Source: Raillietiella orientalis (Eukaryota). Taken from it: DNA of 64,000 nt. Both the position numbers and the translations under genes were made by a program. This document shows, piece after piece, positions 13,381 to 32,535 of the stretch. Each line of letters starts with the position of its first letter. Within the stretch, counting starts at the first letter, position 1. The DNA is taken from NCBI GenBank assembly GCA_036172245.1, contig JAYWIR010000033.1:2356001-2420000 (forward strand), in the 5' to 3' direction. The notes below the pieces were generated by a model. The model saw nothing but the letters and a program-made list of their open reading frames with translations. It made no database searches and was not told the origin of the DNA.

Positions 13381-14809
13381 CTCGTGTTAGAGCTTCTTAA
13401 GGCATTGCTGTATTTGTCTCATAGAAACACGAGAATACTGGAAAAAAAAAAATGATGCCTGCAAGTACGTTTTGATGCCACAAACCTCTCCGTCGACCAA
13501 AGGAGCTAGCCGGTGCCAGATGAGTTACATAGTAGAAGGACCTACACCCATAGAAGTTCCGAGCAAACGGGACTCCTGAGCAGACCTGAAAGATGTCACA
13601 CTGTGCCAGGAGATAGAAGGATGCCTCTGCATCCCGCAACTAGTCAACGAGGACGAGGAAACGCTGTGAAATGCATAAGAAACAACCCTTTCTAGAGAGT
13701 CCGAATACCCCTCTTCTCTCTTGAGTCAGCGCGTGGTCCATGGTTCGATCCACAAGAGACCTCGAGTCCCCACGACTCGACTCTCTTCACGGGCAAGGGC
13801 ACCGTCCTGTGGTGCAAGGATCACTTCCAAATCGTGGAAAGCTTACCCCACCTTTGGGAGCATCAGCATGGGTGGAAAGAATTCCTCGAGGAGCAGAATG
13901 TCCAAGCGCCCACGCACGCGAGCTTCGCGGATTCGTCACGGCATCAAGCGATCTGCTCCGAAACGAGGCCTCTATTCCTGGATCTCTTCTGTACAAGGAA
14001 AAAGAAAGGTTCAGAGGGGGCTCCATCGCACTCTGCTTTGATGGACGTGGTCACGATCTTAGACCCTTTCTCCATGGCTGCAAACTCTCCTGACTGCTGC
14101 CGGCACTTACCCTATAAGCTTCGGAAGAACATTCCCTTCCGAAGTTTATAGGTGAATGGTCCCATCCAATACATCTATCGGATCTTTCTTTTTCTCTTTA
14201 TGAACACATTTTAGGGAACCTGCATCAAGACATAGATGCTAAAATTTCAGAATAAAAATGCCGAGGGATCCCATTTCGGAAAATGTAATTCTGGTTCTCA
14301 TTTTACAGAGGATACCCAAGTCTTGTGCGTTGATGCTTCAAAAGTACGGTGCCACAGGGAGAAAACATATGACCAGCACCACACAGCTGGAAGCTGTCTC
14401 CAAACTCGATCGAGTTTGTAGCGTTTCCTATCTTGCCTTAGAGTAAATTCATGCCCAAATGCTAATTAAGGAAATATCTTTTCGGTAATCTTCCTGTATG
14501 ACAATTTCATAAGTTAGTGTTTTCTAATTTTTAGGTATAGGCATTGTATTATAGTAGTAATATCAACAATAATTGGAGTAGAATCTCCAAAATAAGCACA
14601 TTTTACAATTGAAGTTCTGGACATCCTGTCCCGCAGTTTGTGAGGAACATTTGAAATTCTTAGTGTGAGAATGTTGCGAACCGCAGTCTGCATGCACACA
14701 TTTTTACGTTATGCAGACTTAAAACTAGGCTCTGTGTTAAGACCAGAATCAGTACTCATCATCTGAATTTTGCAACTTATAAAATCGCCAGTGATGTGAA
14801 TAATTGGAA

Positions 14810-19999
<5,190 letters not shown>

Positions 20000-22052
20000 T
20001 ATCTAATAATGCTATTTGTGTTGCATAATTCCTAATGGTCTTATGATTACATCCATTGTTTTCATGATTTCAAGAACTATTTGGTTTTAAAGAATTTCAT
20101 AATAGCCCAGAGATGTGGGCAGATGATTCAAGAAAAACTACTATGTAGAATTTCTAGTATGTTTAAAAATTTTCAGGCAATTTCATTTTTGCATGAGCTT
20201 TCCTATCCTGTTATTTCTGTTTGCCATGACTAATGGTCAAAACATGTCTTCACCAAACAGAGCAGGCACATGGATCATTATAAACCATATTTTGTTTATG
20301 TATGCCAAAATACGCTTTCTGAACCATCGCAGGGATAATTATCTACGTCACCTATTCAGTGAATTATGTACTGTTAGTGAGTGTAGTGACTGTAGTGACT
20401 TTGAAATTTTTTTCCCATTGGGGGTTTTCACTTGATTTCAGTTAACCTTTACCTTAGATAATGTAATTTATTTAAATCGAGTGAAAGAAAGGCGTTTGAA
20501 ACATTTCTTTAGAATGATTCAGCACTGCTGTGTGCACTAATCATTATGAATTTAGAACATGGTCTCATAATTTAGTGTGTGTGTTATGTTTGCATTTTGA
20601 TTGAGTCTGTGGGAGTTCATGCATTTGAGGAATCAAATCCTTGCAGATACATCTGAAAAGAATGGTGTAGTCCTGTCAAGTCTATTCTTCCTAAAGAGCA
20701 CACAGCTGCCAAAGTCCACTTTGTTCAAAGATTAAAAATTTTATGAACAGGGACTCAATTTTCACCTTTTAGCAGGGAGAAAGTCATGGTTTTACTACAA
20801 ATATCAAGTTTCCTTGCAAAACAGAAATGTGCCACAAGTGAAACAAATAGAACTCATGTAAGATTAGCATCAATAATGCCATGTGTCAAAATTCAGAATT
20901 TATTATGCTGCCAAGAGCTCATAACATACTTCACATTACATCTCAAACGGTAAATGGGATCAAAAGACAATAGGGGATATTTTAAAAAAAGATTTGGAAC
21001 AGTAATTTTTTTTGTTACATAATAAATTCTGTATTCAAAAAAAAGAAAAATTCAATCTCTTACAAATCTTTATCTGATAAAATAGATGCAAAAGCAGCAC
21101 AGATCTCAACATAAGGTCTTAGCAGAACTTCTGCCTGTAGACAGTTCTACACTTTAGAAGTTTTCTAGTTCTTTAAGCTACCCAGGGTTTGTTTTACTCG
21201 CACTCTAGATGCATATGGTAAGATTATCCCATGTAGCTTTAAATAACCACCCATTTCATACGAACATTTGTTCATATTTCTCCGCAATTTCGGCATAGTA
21301 ACCAGAAAAAAGATAGCTTGCTCCTAAATCTGCAGTAGAAATGTGGTTTCCCTGATGATTATAACACATATTTTTTTAAATTAAGGGGTTGCTAAATTTG
21401 ATTTGATGCAGAATTCAATATACCAATTCTTTCTGATGCTGAATTGATTACTGCCTGGGAACTCCAAGTCCTTCCAATCTTTAAATTAGGTACTTTCAGT
21501 GAGAAGAATGTTCAATGCACATTATACTGGTTGGGAAAAAGCTTAAAGTAAATCGGTGATAATCATGGAGACTTTGATTTATCAACTCTTATTTATTTAT
21601 ATCCGCTGTAATCTGAAATCATATTTCAACGCGATATAAATATAATATACTGCAATACAAAACCACTGTGAATGTTGTTGACATTATGAAAACATGTGCA
21701 GTGCACCAAAGTGATTTACCAATTTAAAACGATATTTTGAGAACTGATCATCCTCATGGGAAAGGAAACCATTGACAAATGGAAAGACAAATCAGTAAGG
21801 GCATATGATCCAAAATAGTGCTAAGTACTTTGAGTTGATGGAGAAATCACGAAATTTCGTAAAATCAATTATTTGAAACTTTCTAGGATGTTGTGGAAAC
21901 AGAAATCCACCACTCAATTGGTTCCAATACTGCAATTACGACGAGTTTGACAACGACTTTTCACTCCACTTTGGATTCAAATCTAGCTAAACTGCTTCTA
22001 TCACCATGCAAAAGTTTTCTGAACGTTTTTGAAACTTTTGAAAATGTCTGTT

Positions 22053-22054
<2 letters not shown>

Positions 22055-22086
<32 letters not shown>
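22055..22086. repeat. Poly(T) tract, 32 nt
   Basis: Uninterrupted T run between MCM9 and SYF2. Confidence 0.9.
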
Positions 22087-22091
<5 letters not shown>

Positions 22092-22834
22092 AAATGATAC
22101 TTGTCTTGCATTTCCCTTGTTCGTATTCTCTGATATACGTACATATCACTTCTAAATGCAAAAGCATTTAAGTTTTGCAAAATCCACAGTTCTATATTAT
22201 TCTTAGCATTGTAACAACAATCAACACAAATCATTCACTAAACTCATTGCTATGACGCACTTTCGCACTTTATTAAAGAAAACATGGCAGGGAGGGAAAT
22301 AAATGAATAAAAAAGAATAAATGAACTGCAGTCACATATATCATCATATGCACCATTTAATGATTGCTGCTAATTTAAAGACATCACCAAGAAACTTCAG
22401 GCAGTTGAAAAGCATGGAACTAATAACCCTTCTCTCCATTCCTTCCATTTCTGAAATCTTTTTAATTCACAGCCCTGGATGCTGTGGCAAACTGAAACAA
22501 AACACAAAATATCACTTCTGATTTGCGATTACCTACATTTCAGATCTGTAACAAACTGTTTCTATAACAAAATGTTGCAAACACTGACACATGCAACTGA
22601 TTATATTTAAGTTCTACAATAAACCATGAAAAACAGAAAATCCCAAAGATTGGATACATGTGATCACAGATGGAGAAGTTTTCACTACACTCACAAAGCT
22701 TTGTAAATAAAAAGTTCACTTTTTAATTTCATTTATAAATGTCAATTTGAAATAACTTGGTGGTGTTCCGATGTGTGCATTTCAATGATTACAATAGTAA
22801 AATTTATTCAAAATTACCTCACATGCTTTCACTT

Positions 22835-25800
22835 TTATACTGCAGTTCCTCGTTCCAGGTTTTGTTTAATTTCTGATGTATACTGGCCATAGAAACGTTC
22901 TAATTTCTTATTGAACTTCATGTTCCTCTCATTGATGAAATCAATGTCTGCATCTGCATCATACATTCGCCGCCTACTGTACTTCTGCCTCTTAGCAATT
23001 CTTTATTACATTTGAACATGAGAAACAGGAATGAAAATAGGCAGAAATTAACTCACTGTTTTTCTAGATCTTCAGCCATCTTTTCTATTTTTTTTTTATC
23101 ATCTTGATACAATCCTTGAAGCACAGTTCCTGTATCAGCATAAAAAGCATCACCTAATAAATCTTTTTGTTCATAATAATTAGCCATGTCCACTTGCATG
23201 TTCTTAATGCAACGATTGTATTGCCTGAAAAATAACAAAAAAGTACTTAAACAGGACTTCTTTTGAAATCACAAGTGTAACTTTGTTTTTCAAAGGTGGC
23301 ACAAAAAAACTATCCAACTAAAATGCTTAAATAATGCCTAAAGTAAACACAAACTTTTTGAAAACTGGGGAAAAATTTGTAATTACAGGGCAACAGAAGC
23401 CTACAAAAATATCTTGATTTTATGAGGACATGATATTGTCTTTCATGCTAGCAAAGCCTGCTAGTAGATGTGCATGTCATTTCTTGACTTAAACTTTTAG
23501 CTAGTCCTCTAAAAAATTTTCAATTTCTAGCATTTCAGTGGAAAACAAGGATTCTTTCGAATATTGTGTCCTGAAAACAATGCATGCCACATGTATGTGG
23601 CATTTGAGGAGTCAAAATTAATGAACTAAGCTCATCTTCAAAGTAATGTAACATAGAACAAACCGGAATTGATCTTATAAGCTTTCGCATGTTCCATAAA
23701 ATAATCATTTTAATCATTTTCTTTTAAATATTTTTCAATACAATGTGTATTGATCATCTTAATATGAGAATTTCTAATTTCTCAAAATTAGCCGCTATAT
23801 ATTATCTAAGAAGCAAACAACTGCTAATTTTTGTCAAAAAAAAGCTAACTTGTAAGAAATCAACCCTGATTTAGAATGACTCAACTAACATCACAATCAC
23901 ACAAGCAACTCTAAACAAGGAAATGCATGTGAATTTGCCAACAAATGTGGATTCAGTCCACAACCTAAGACCTAAAGATTAAAAAGAACACACAATTATC
24001 ATCATGTTAAATATTAGAAAAATGATAACTGTGCATTCTTTTTAATCTTTAACTAATTAGTCTTGTTTATTTCCTTTCTTAAATGAAAACTCGATAAACA
24101 CTTGATAAAAGAATATTGCAAACAAAGTGCATCAGAAATATGCTTAGTTGTGCATAATAAGATAAAATCACATACTTATACTGATATGCAGTTGCTCAGA
24201 ACATGAGTATGCTACCATAAATTAGCACACTCATGCTTAGCATACCATAAGTTATGTTATATACACCAACATAAAATTAATAACGAGAAATGCTTAGGAT
24301 ACATTACTATAAAAACACAACAAAGCAAAGCATTAAAGTTAATCAATTTTGCTTACTTCGAACTGAGATATAGATGGATGTGATCATTTACATTATTCTC
24401 TTATTACATATATTTGCATAATATACAAGATGATTTACTATTTTATCAATGATTAATTGGAGGAGTGACTTATCAAACTGCTCACCGAAATGTAGCTGTT
24501 TCATAATCTGAGAATCCTGGATCAAAGTTTTTTTTCTTCTTTTTAAGCCAGTTTTGCTTTTCAGCTTCTTCAGCAGATAAATCCAACATTTTCAATCTAT
24601 CATAATTTTTTCCCTGAATGAGAAAATTGGAATTCAAAAAGTTGATTCATTATTCTAAAATTCCATTAGTATCACAAACAAAATGCTACACATAATGCAA
24701 CAAAACATTTTCTCACAATTATTTAGCTTATAAATGATCTTTAATGATTTAAAACGCACTTGAATTTTCATTTAGCACGTTTTTTCAAAACCTTTGGGGA
24801 AAAAAAAGGGGGAAGGAGGGGATAGAAATACCATCATTCACACTGGTTATGATTTGACACTGAATAAATTACTTCTGCTAAAGCAGCTTCCCGTTTGGCT
24901 TCATCTTCCAATATCCATTCTGCTCTTCGTCGTTTAGCCTCATAATTCGTTGGAAGATTATTCCGTTTATCTTCCTCAATTACCTCCTTATAATTCAAAG
25001 TTCTTGCTTCATTCTATATGGAAACAAATAGTATTCTCACAACTCAGGAATGGAGTCAAGCATAATATAAATAATGGATTATTTTAATCACATTCAATAT
25101 TTGCAACACAAAACTAGCACACTTTCCTAATTGAATGAACTAACCACACATAAAGCATCAATAAAAAATACTTCTGCACATAAAGATTTCTATGGTAAAT
25201 GCCCAAATTAAATAGCTCCATGGTGCAAAAAAGAATTCTCAAAATCAATTATTAATATACACAATGTTATATACTCTGCTAACAATGTGGCAAAATCAAA
25301 AGTACAGGAGAATGTTCAAACTGAAAAACTGAAAAACAGTGGTTTTACGATACATAGGTTTTACAAATGCTTTTAGCATTCATGCATAGTAGTAGTAAAG
25401 TGTTTATTGCATTTTTTTTGTTGAATTCATACTGCAATAAAAATGCAGATTTACAATGGAAAAAAAAAACAATGACCCTACATGGGCAGATTTCAATTGA
25501 AATACAAGTAGATAAAAAGTTTTTTTAGACATAAAATATTGCTTTTAAAGCAAAAACTTTAATTCAAAAATACATGAGCGTCAGTACCCAGCACATTAAG
25601 TGAAACATTTGTAAGTATACTCATTATCATTCAAAATAAAAATGATAAATACTCTAAAGATCATTCGGAAACAAGTTTACATAAAATGCTCAAACAACAA
25701 TAAATAAATCAAATACAATGTCATGTTACGCACACCTCGAACCCAATGATCATAAGTTCTCTTGAAGAATTAAAAACTATATGGTAATTCAGTATTTTTA

Positions 25801-26447
25801 AACTGTTATTTCAAAAACTTATGCTTGCCTAGAAAAATAATAACTGAACTTATTTATTGGGTATATAGGGGAGAAACTGAAAAGCACTTTGGGAAAAGCT
25901 TTACAAATATTCCTACTCTTATGAATGAATGCCAACTTAACATTCAGGGAAAGACTCAATTAAAAATAATCAGGCGTTTGCTTGAAACTTGAATAAAAAA
26001 CAAACTGGAGGGGCATTCTACTTTAGAATAATGAATAACTTCAAACTTAATGAATAAAATGCTAAAGAATGAAAATTCTGCGAATGCACCTAAGAAACAT
26101 CATTAATCTCTAAAGTAGGATCCTAAGTGTACAATTCCGAAAGAAGTATATAAACTGATATTTTTTTTTAATTGTGGAAAGTACGATTACATCTTCATAA
26201 CAAAGCACTATAGTTTCCTAGTTCCCCTGGCATGTTACTTTGCTGCAAAGTACACTTTACTACTGATCAATTTAAATAACACAGCGAACACAATAACAAA
26301 ACAAACCCTTTTTATATGAAGCTCCCTTAATTTCTTTAATCGCTCTGCTTTTTTCAATTCGGCCAAAAACTTGGCAGAGGTTGCACTTTTTGTCTCTGAA
26401 CTGCTCACTGATTCTTGCTGTAATACACCTTCTGAGGCACCGTCCAT
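22835..26447 (-). CDS. SYF2: Pre-mRNA-splicing factor SYF2 (5 exons, ~247 aa)
   Basis: Minus-strand exons 26447-26307, 25013-24873, 24613-24486, 23224-23057, 23000-22835 (744 nt). Translation includes [44 protein letters not shown] and the diagnostic C-terminus [49 protein letters not shown]. Confidence 0.96.
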
Positions 26448-29400
26448 TTTTATCTGTAATAAAACCGAAGACTATACTAGAACCCTTGCACAAAACATCC
26501 ACTGAACTGATATGCCCACAACACAATCATAACGACCTGATAACATAATAAAAACTAAAATCAGGCTGTGATACAGTACAGCACAACGACATCCCTCGCA
26601 GGCAGCTTGACGCTGCGCCCACGTTCCATTCAAAATCAAAACACTCTCCAAGAGCAACGCGGGCGCACACAATTGGAATGATCAGATGCACGGTGAAATT
26701 CATTGCCAAATCTCTCCAATATTAATTTTATTGTTTGAATCCTTTTAGGCATATGAAATGAACAACGCTGTTTGGCTCGAGAATAATCAAACTGATCAAA
26801 TCAGAAAACTACTTGGCATACCTGACTGGGGCCAATGAGAAAAATACACAAGAGGAAAATGACAACCTGAAATTATAAACCAGCACAAGCCATGGTAAAG
26901 TCGTTTTGCACCTCAGCTAAGCTATTGTAAATAGTACTCTAATTAGAACTAGTAAGTTTATCTCTGAAATCAGGGAGATAGAGCAAACTACAACAGAGAA
27001 GTTTCAGTGTAAGATGAAGCATTCCATGGACATGAGCTTACTTTGAAAATTAGAGAATAGGAAAACCGTAAAAATGGACAGCAGTTAGATGGATACGATA
27101 AAAGGTAAAAAAAGTGTGCCTACGTTAAGAGAATTTCTAATAGGAACTAAGAAATGCATTCGAGATTTACTGTACTGGAATTTCGAACATTATAGGTCTT
27201 TTTATAAGTCATGTTTCAATAAAAAATTTATAATTAAGAGACCTTTTCATAAATATGATACTCAATCTTAATTATCAGTGCATGCATCAAAAAAAATAAT
27301 AAAGCAAGACTGATTGGTACACAGGCGCTGAGTCGATCTTCAGTAAGTCTTTAACTACAGAATCCCAATGATGCCTATTATAATTGATGTGTTAAGAATG
27401 AGTAGAGTTTAAGTAATTTGCGTAGAAATATGTCAGGTAAGGAGTAAGGTTGAAGCTTAGAGTGCTCCTAAAAACAATCTCTGTGAAAGTCGATGGAAAG
27501 CTCTTGTTATAGTGCAAACGGGGTTTCTTATGGAGTTAAAAAAACCTGCTTCAAAAATATATAAGGAGGTAGTCTAAAAATGTACTTATTTTTTTATTGA
27601 ATGCATTTTGCCTAGAAATGCTTTCAGAGATCTTTATGACTGTTGCTTAAGTCGCATGAAATATACTTGAATAAATAAAGGCATAATGGATTATTCCAAT
27701 TTTCCATTATTTGAAATATAGGAGAAACCAAAACAATAGGGAAGTTTTCTATCAATTTTCTACTTCCATGAAAGATTACGAACGTCCCCCAGAAATGTGT
27801 ATCATTATTTGAGACAATATGTCCTCTGACTTTAATAAATCGAAAACCGATGGATGCTGTTGGAATAACGGTAAGTTGAAAATGATTGTAGGATTTGAAA
27901 GGAATTTGAAGAAATTACGTAGCTTAATGTTCGAGTAAAATGAAGCAATAGTTTTCTTTTACGGAAAAAGACGCACAATAGGAATAAATAACATGAACGT
28001 AGAATTATGAGAATGTAGAATGTAGAATAATGATGTTTTAAGAGGGTAACCAGAATTCACACACAAGATCAAAATCTGATAGACGAGCTACAAATGAGTT
28101 TTGTAGAAAATAATCGGAAGTCATGGTGGGGAGCCTTTTTGTCACAATATCTGTCTAATAAATGTGCATAGAACGCCATTTTATACACAAAGAATGCCGA
28201 ATGATTGCAATTTAATTATGGACGAAACTAAAATTTGAAAAATGTTGAAAGTCACATGAGAAAAGCTGCTGACTTGCCCATTTGGTCTAAGAAAAAGCGA
28301 GGGAGATTTTTGGAGGGTTTTTTTTTTTTTGTTCAGGAAGAAAACATTTTGGAAAAAACTGGAGCTCATCGAAAAATAGATTAAAAAGCTGCGAATCTGT
28401 GTTATGCAGTGCTTCAGAGAAGTAACAAATGAGCTTTGAAATCATCAGTGACGGAGTGCATGTTGGAAAAGCAGAATGGAACAGAATACTTGATATGCAA
28501 ATTCGGTCGCATTTATGGAAGCTGGAGACTGATCACAGTATTCTGAAAATCTCACAAAACAAACACTTTACTCTCTTCGATTGATGTTCCCTTTCTGCAT
28601 AGCAGATAACACCTGATATCATATCATGATTTTTCTATTTGTAAGTGGTCAATTACGTGCACTGCAAATAAATACTGATATTTATTCACATTCTTAACAC
28701 ACCAATGTATGAGACGCGCTCTTTGAAATTTTCACACAAACCAAATACTTCATCAATCCATTCCGTTGAGGAATCACCTGATATTTACACATAGCGATGT
28801 CACTTGTGTTATGCTTCTGATTTTTGGATAATCAATCAAAATTTTGAATTCACTGATTGAACATCAAATGCAATGGAGACAAAATAACGGCTCTCCAATC
28901 CGTGAAAAAATTTAATGATGGAGAACCTGGACCTCTACGATGGGATCCATTTTCAAAGTTATGATCCTTGATTTTGAGGATTCACAAGCTATGAGGCGAA
29001 CCATGAAAACGCTGTTCAGAATGCTCCTTGCTATCGGAAGCCGAAACCAAGATGGCCCTTTAAGTAACGTGAGCTGCATGACTTTGGAGATGTATTTTGA
29101 GTATTTTGCATTGAGTCTGAGAACGCTTCGGTCCAGAAGGGCATTAAGCGATGGTGCAAAAGAAAGTTTTCTTCTAATCAGGCCTACAGCTTTAGTGTCT
29201 TCTTTTCGAGTTATCGTTTCGGAGATTTTGCTAGACGAGCTGCCATATTCTTTACTTTGCCATTTTCAGCATACGATAAGGATACACACTCACTCGCAAA
29301 CTGTACAAATGAACTTTGGTATTATGACAGGGACAGACCATTTCTAGAAGCTGTTCGAATTATGCTTTCAAACTAGCGACTAACAGATTTGCTTTAGTGT

Positions 29401-31276
29401 TTCATTTCTCGATTAATGAGACAAATTTGTTATGGTAGCAAAAAAGTGCATTTGTATTAATTACAGCTAAATTGGTGCTATAATGAGCTCAAATTTGTGG
29501 AATTCATTTCGTTTTGTATTTATATTCCTTATGAATTTAAACAAAATATTTTATCCTACCAAATGAGCAGTGAAGTGTAATGACTAAAAGTGTAATGAAT
29601 TCAGCATAATGGCAAACCATCAGCATTAAAGCTGGAGCACATTTCTATTAGCTGGATAACTAAAAAAAAAAAAAAACGAAAAAAAGAAACTATTGGTACT
29701 GAAATCACAGTTTCAACAAAGCGAGAATGGATTCCGATGTGTATCCTACCATAAATCCCGAATAGATGCCAAGGTCGCCAGTTATTTGTTTTTGTTTTCC
29801 TGCCACCCATCCTGGCTTTTCCATCTCGAAAGTGTGATGTGCTTTTTCCGGAGAAAAGCACAGCTGCTCCTGCTCTCCAGCCTTGCGTGCCGTCGCCAGA
29901 AGATTCCTGCCAAATTGACTCGTTGAAAACACGTCGGAAAAGCGTTGAGACCTCAGGTCGTGCTCTCGATGATGGAGTTTCTCTCCAGCAGCAAATTCAG
30001 TCATTCGAATTCACTGCGTGGCCCTCTGCCCTTTGGGGACAGTTGTGGATGAGTTCGGCGAAAAGCGCTCATGTGTGCGAGGGAAGAAGGTCTTGGAGGA
30101 GGGATGGTTGAGCTGAGCAGTTGCGCTCTTTGTGAACGAATAAAAGAACTCTGTCAGATGTTTGTGCTCGATTTCCCCGAGGTCATTCGATTCCGTTAAG
30201 CGCTCAGGACTCGGAATCTGGATTCTTCCACGAAAGTCTGAATGGCAACACATTCCATAAACCTCGACTTGGAATGAAGCATCGTCTTGACTGATGAAAG
30301 ATGAGCAACCCTCAAAGTAGTCCTGAAAGATTCGGCGATTTTAGTCAAACTCCCTATTTTTTTCAGCCATTGCAACGCCATAATAATTCATTTTCTTCAG
30401 TTACTACGAGTACTGCATTCTTCACGTTTGGCCGTCCAGCTGCTCATATATCGTGTGAATAGCCATCCACAAAACAGGGGGGGTGGCTGGACTTTGTGAA
30501 CTTTGAACTTCGTGGACACAAATGCAATGGACGTTGCTCTCATCGTGAAATTAGACACTCATATGAAGGTTCTTGTTCTTGCCTCAACACATGTGATTTT
30601 ATACAGATTCATGCAATAGTTGAAATGACATCTCGAACATATGTGAACTGCTTGATTGAGAACAGCATTCTGGAAGAGCAAATGCGTGTGTGGTAGTCAA
30701 TAATTCAAATTTCGAAGTATTTCATGCATACTCAGGATATAAAATGAATTTCGTGCTTTATTATTAGGATACGTTTTATTTCAGATAACTGAACTATTCT
30801 TCATTAACGCATATTCATAAGGTAGCTGAACTCTCCCACGTCAATGGAAATCTTTAATGAAATGTCTAGTACTGAGATCCTTAATTAAGGAAAGGTTGAG
30901 GAAGAAACTTCTTTCTAGTTTAGAAAACGGTAGAAAAGATTGGGCAGTTTGTTTGTCTCGTTGCCGATTTGCCCAGGTCTACCATTGGCATTCAGCAGGG
31001 TTGATACGATGCAAAGCAATGAATGCACTTTTTGAGGCGGCTGGACTGCTGGAGAGACTGTGCGGCATCGGTTGACCGAAGATGTGGTTGGGCGCTGTTC
31101 GTCTTCGACTATCTAAGAAGTTCTGTGGTTGGATTTTGCGATCCTGATTACTTTCCATTGATGCATAGTTGTGCATGTTCTAGTCTGCTTTCCAGTTTGC
31201 AAAGAGGAAGGGTAGTGACAATGGTTGCTTGCTAGTGTGGTATTTCACATTAGAAGACATTGCAGAATGGTTTATT

Positions 31277-32535
31277 TCAGGAATTCGTCAGTCTGTTTGT
31301 CCTCAGAATGAAGTCATGATGGCCTCGTTGTTGAACTTGGCCCAAGGCTGGACTGGGATTTTTCTCGAGGCTATACCTTGCATATAATGGCTAAGAATTT
31401 AAACTGAGAATGAGGGCCATTTGGCAGGAATGCTTGAGATCTAGTCATCCTTGAGGATTCCGACGATAGACTGAAGATGAGACTGTATCATTTTAAGGAT
31501 CTGAATAAGCATCCAAGGTTCACAGTCAACCAGCGAAAATGCTCCTTCCTACACTTTGTAGGAACTTCCCCTAAAGGTCTAAGAAATGCGTCCCTGGAAG
31601 TAATGAAGGTAGAGCAACGGCGAACATCACCCTATCTTAAGCCTACAAGTATTTCGGTAAACCGTTCGGAGTTGAAATTTTCCATATCCCCCCTATTAAA
31701 GAAGAGATCTTAAACAAAGTAGAAGAAATCCTATTCTAGGGCTCTCGCCTTGGCAAAAATTCCAAGAACTTCTAATCCGATCTCGGCCATTTTGAGGGGC
31801 TAAGGTAACCTTTCAAAACTGACTAGAGATACATCGATGAGGGGATTCGACTATTGGTAAAAAATGTTTTAGAGTTTCCAGCAAAGGGCAGCTAACCAAT
31901 AATCCTAATAGCGATCGAAGCAAAGGGCTGCCCGAGACTTATGCGGCTGTCAGATGAAACTGGTAACTTGATCTTGGACGCTCTTTAAGCCCCTCGCATC
32001 TCCCGACGTCACAGTGAAACGACTTGCCTTGGAAACCCTTTGAGAAATTGTATTTCGAGAAAGCATCCAATCTCCATCGAAGGAGGACCTAGTTCCCTTG
32101 TATGGAAAACCAGAGCAAAAATTGCTCAGGCTAGCGGCGATATGAACAGTCTGTGGATGGTGGGAAGACAAGCCCCGCGCCATGTTAGAGCAACCTCGGA
32201 TTTCACCAAAAGTGCACGTGCAAAGTTTCCCTTCCAAGCCCATTTCGAGAGTGCAACTTTCTGCTACTTTGCGAGTTCTTTGGCCAGAGAGAACGTGCAT
32301 GCGGAGAATTAACAAACAAGCATAACGATCAAGGGGGAGCCATGCTCTGCATCGGCCTCTACCTTAGTTCCAGCTGTTTCTTAGCTTCTGGCTGCTATCT
32401 GAGATTCGCTGACGTAGCATTTTCATTACTTATGAACGGTACCTGCACGCTGCTGCCCATGAGTCTGGTAGGAGGTCGTGTGTTGTGGCTGCGTGCCCTC
32501 TGGCATTCGTCATGAGATGCAGGGTTCTGGGTTTA
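31277..32535 (+). mobile_element. Decayed RLE-type non-LTR retrotransposon (NeSL/Utopia-like): RT C-terminal half plus downstream domain
   Basis: Collinear but stop- and frameshift-broken motifs on +: SGIRQ..CP (31277, GVKQGCP-like), NA*DLVILEDS (31429, YADD-like), KCSFLHFVG, LSPWQK (31742, LAPWQK-like), IDEGIRLLVKNVL, LFKPLASPDVTVKRLA (31981), SGDMNSLW, DQGGAM...FLASGCYLRFAD (32327-32413, DQGKA..RFADWRF-like), LLPMS, RCRV (32515, start of CCHC). It may extend 5' to about 30857. Confidence 0.72.

Noticed and set aside
13721..14151. All three plus-strand frames open for about 300 nt
   Set aside because: No recognisable protein in any frame. Compatible with base composition.
26810..26840. CATACCTGACTGGGG resembling the U1 snRNA 5' end
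   Set aside because: Lacks the ATACTTACCTG consensus and the downstream stem-loops and Sm site.
28940..30253. 135-aa ORF (also open in antisense) and two in-frame minus ORFs (30253-30011, 30004-29705) split by one TGA
   Set aside because: No family motif and no SECIS or readthrough context evident. Possibly decayed transposon sequence, but unsupported.
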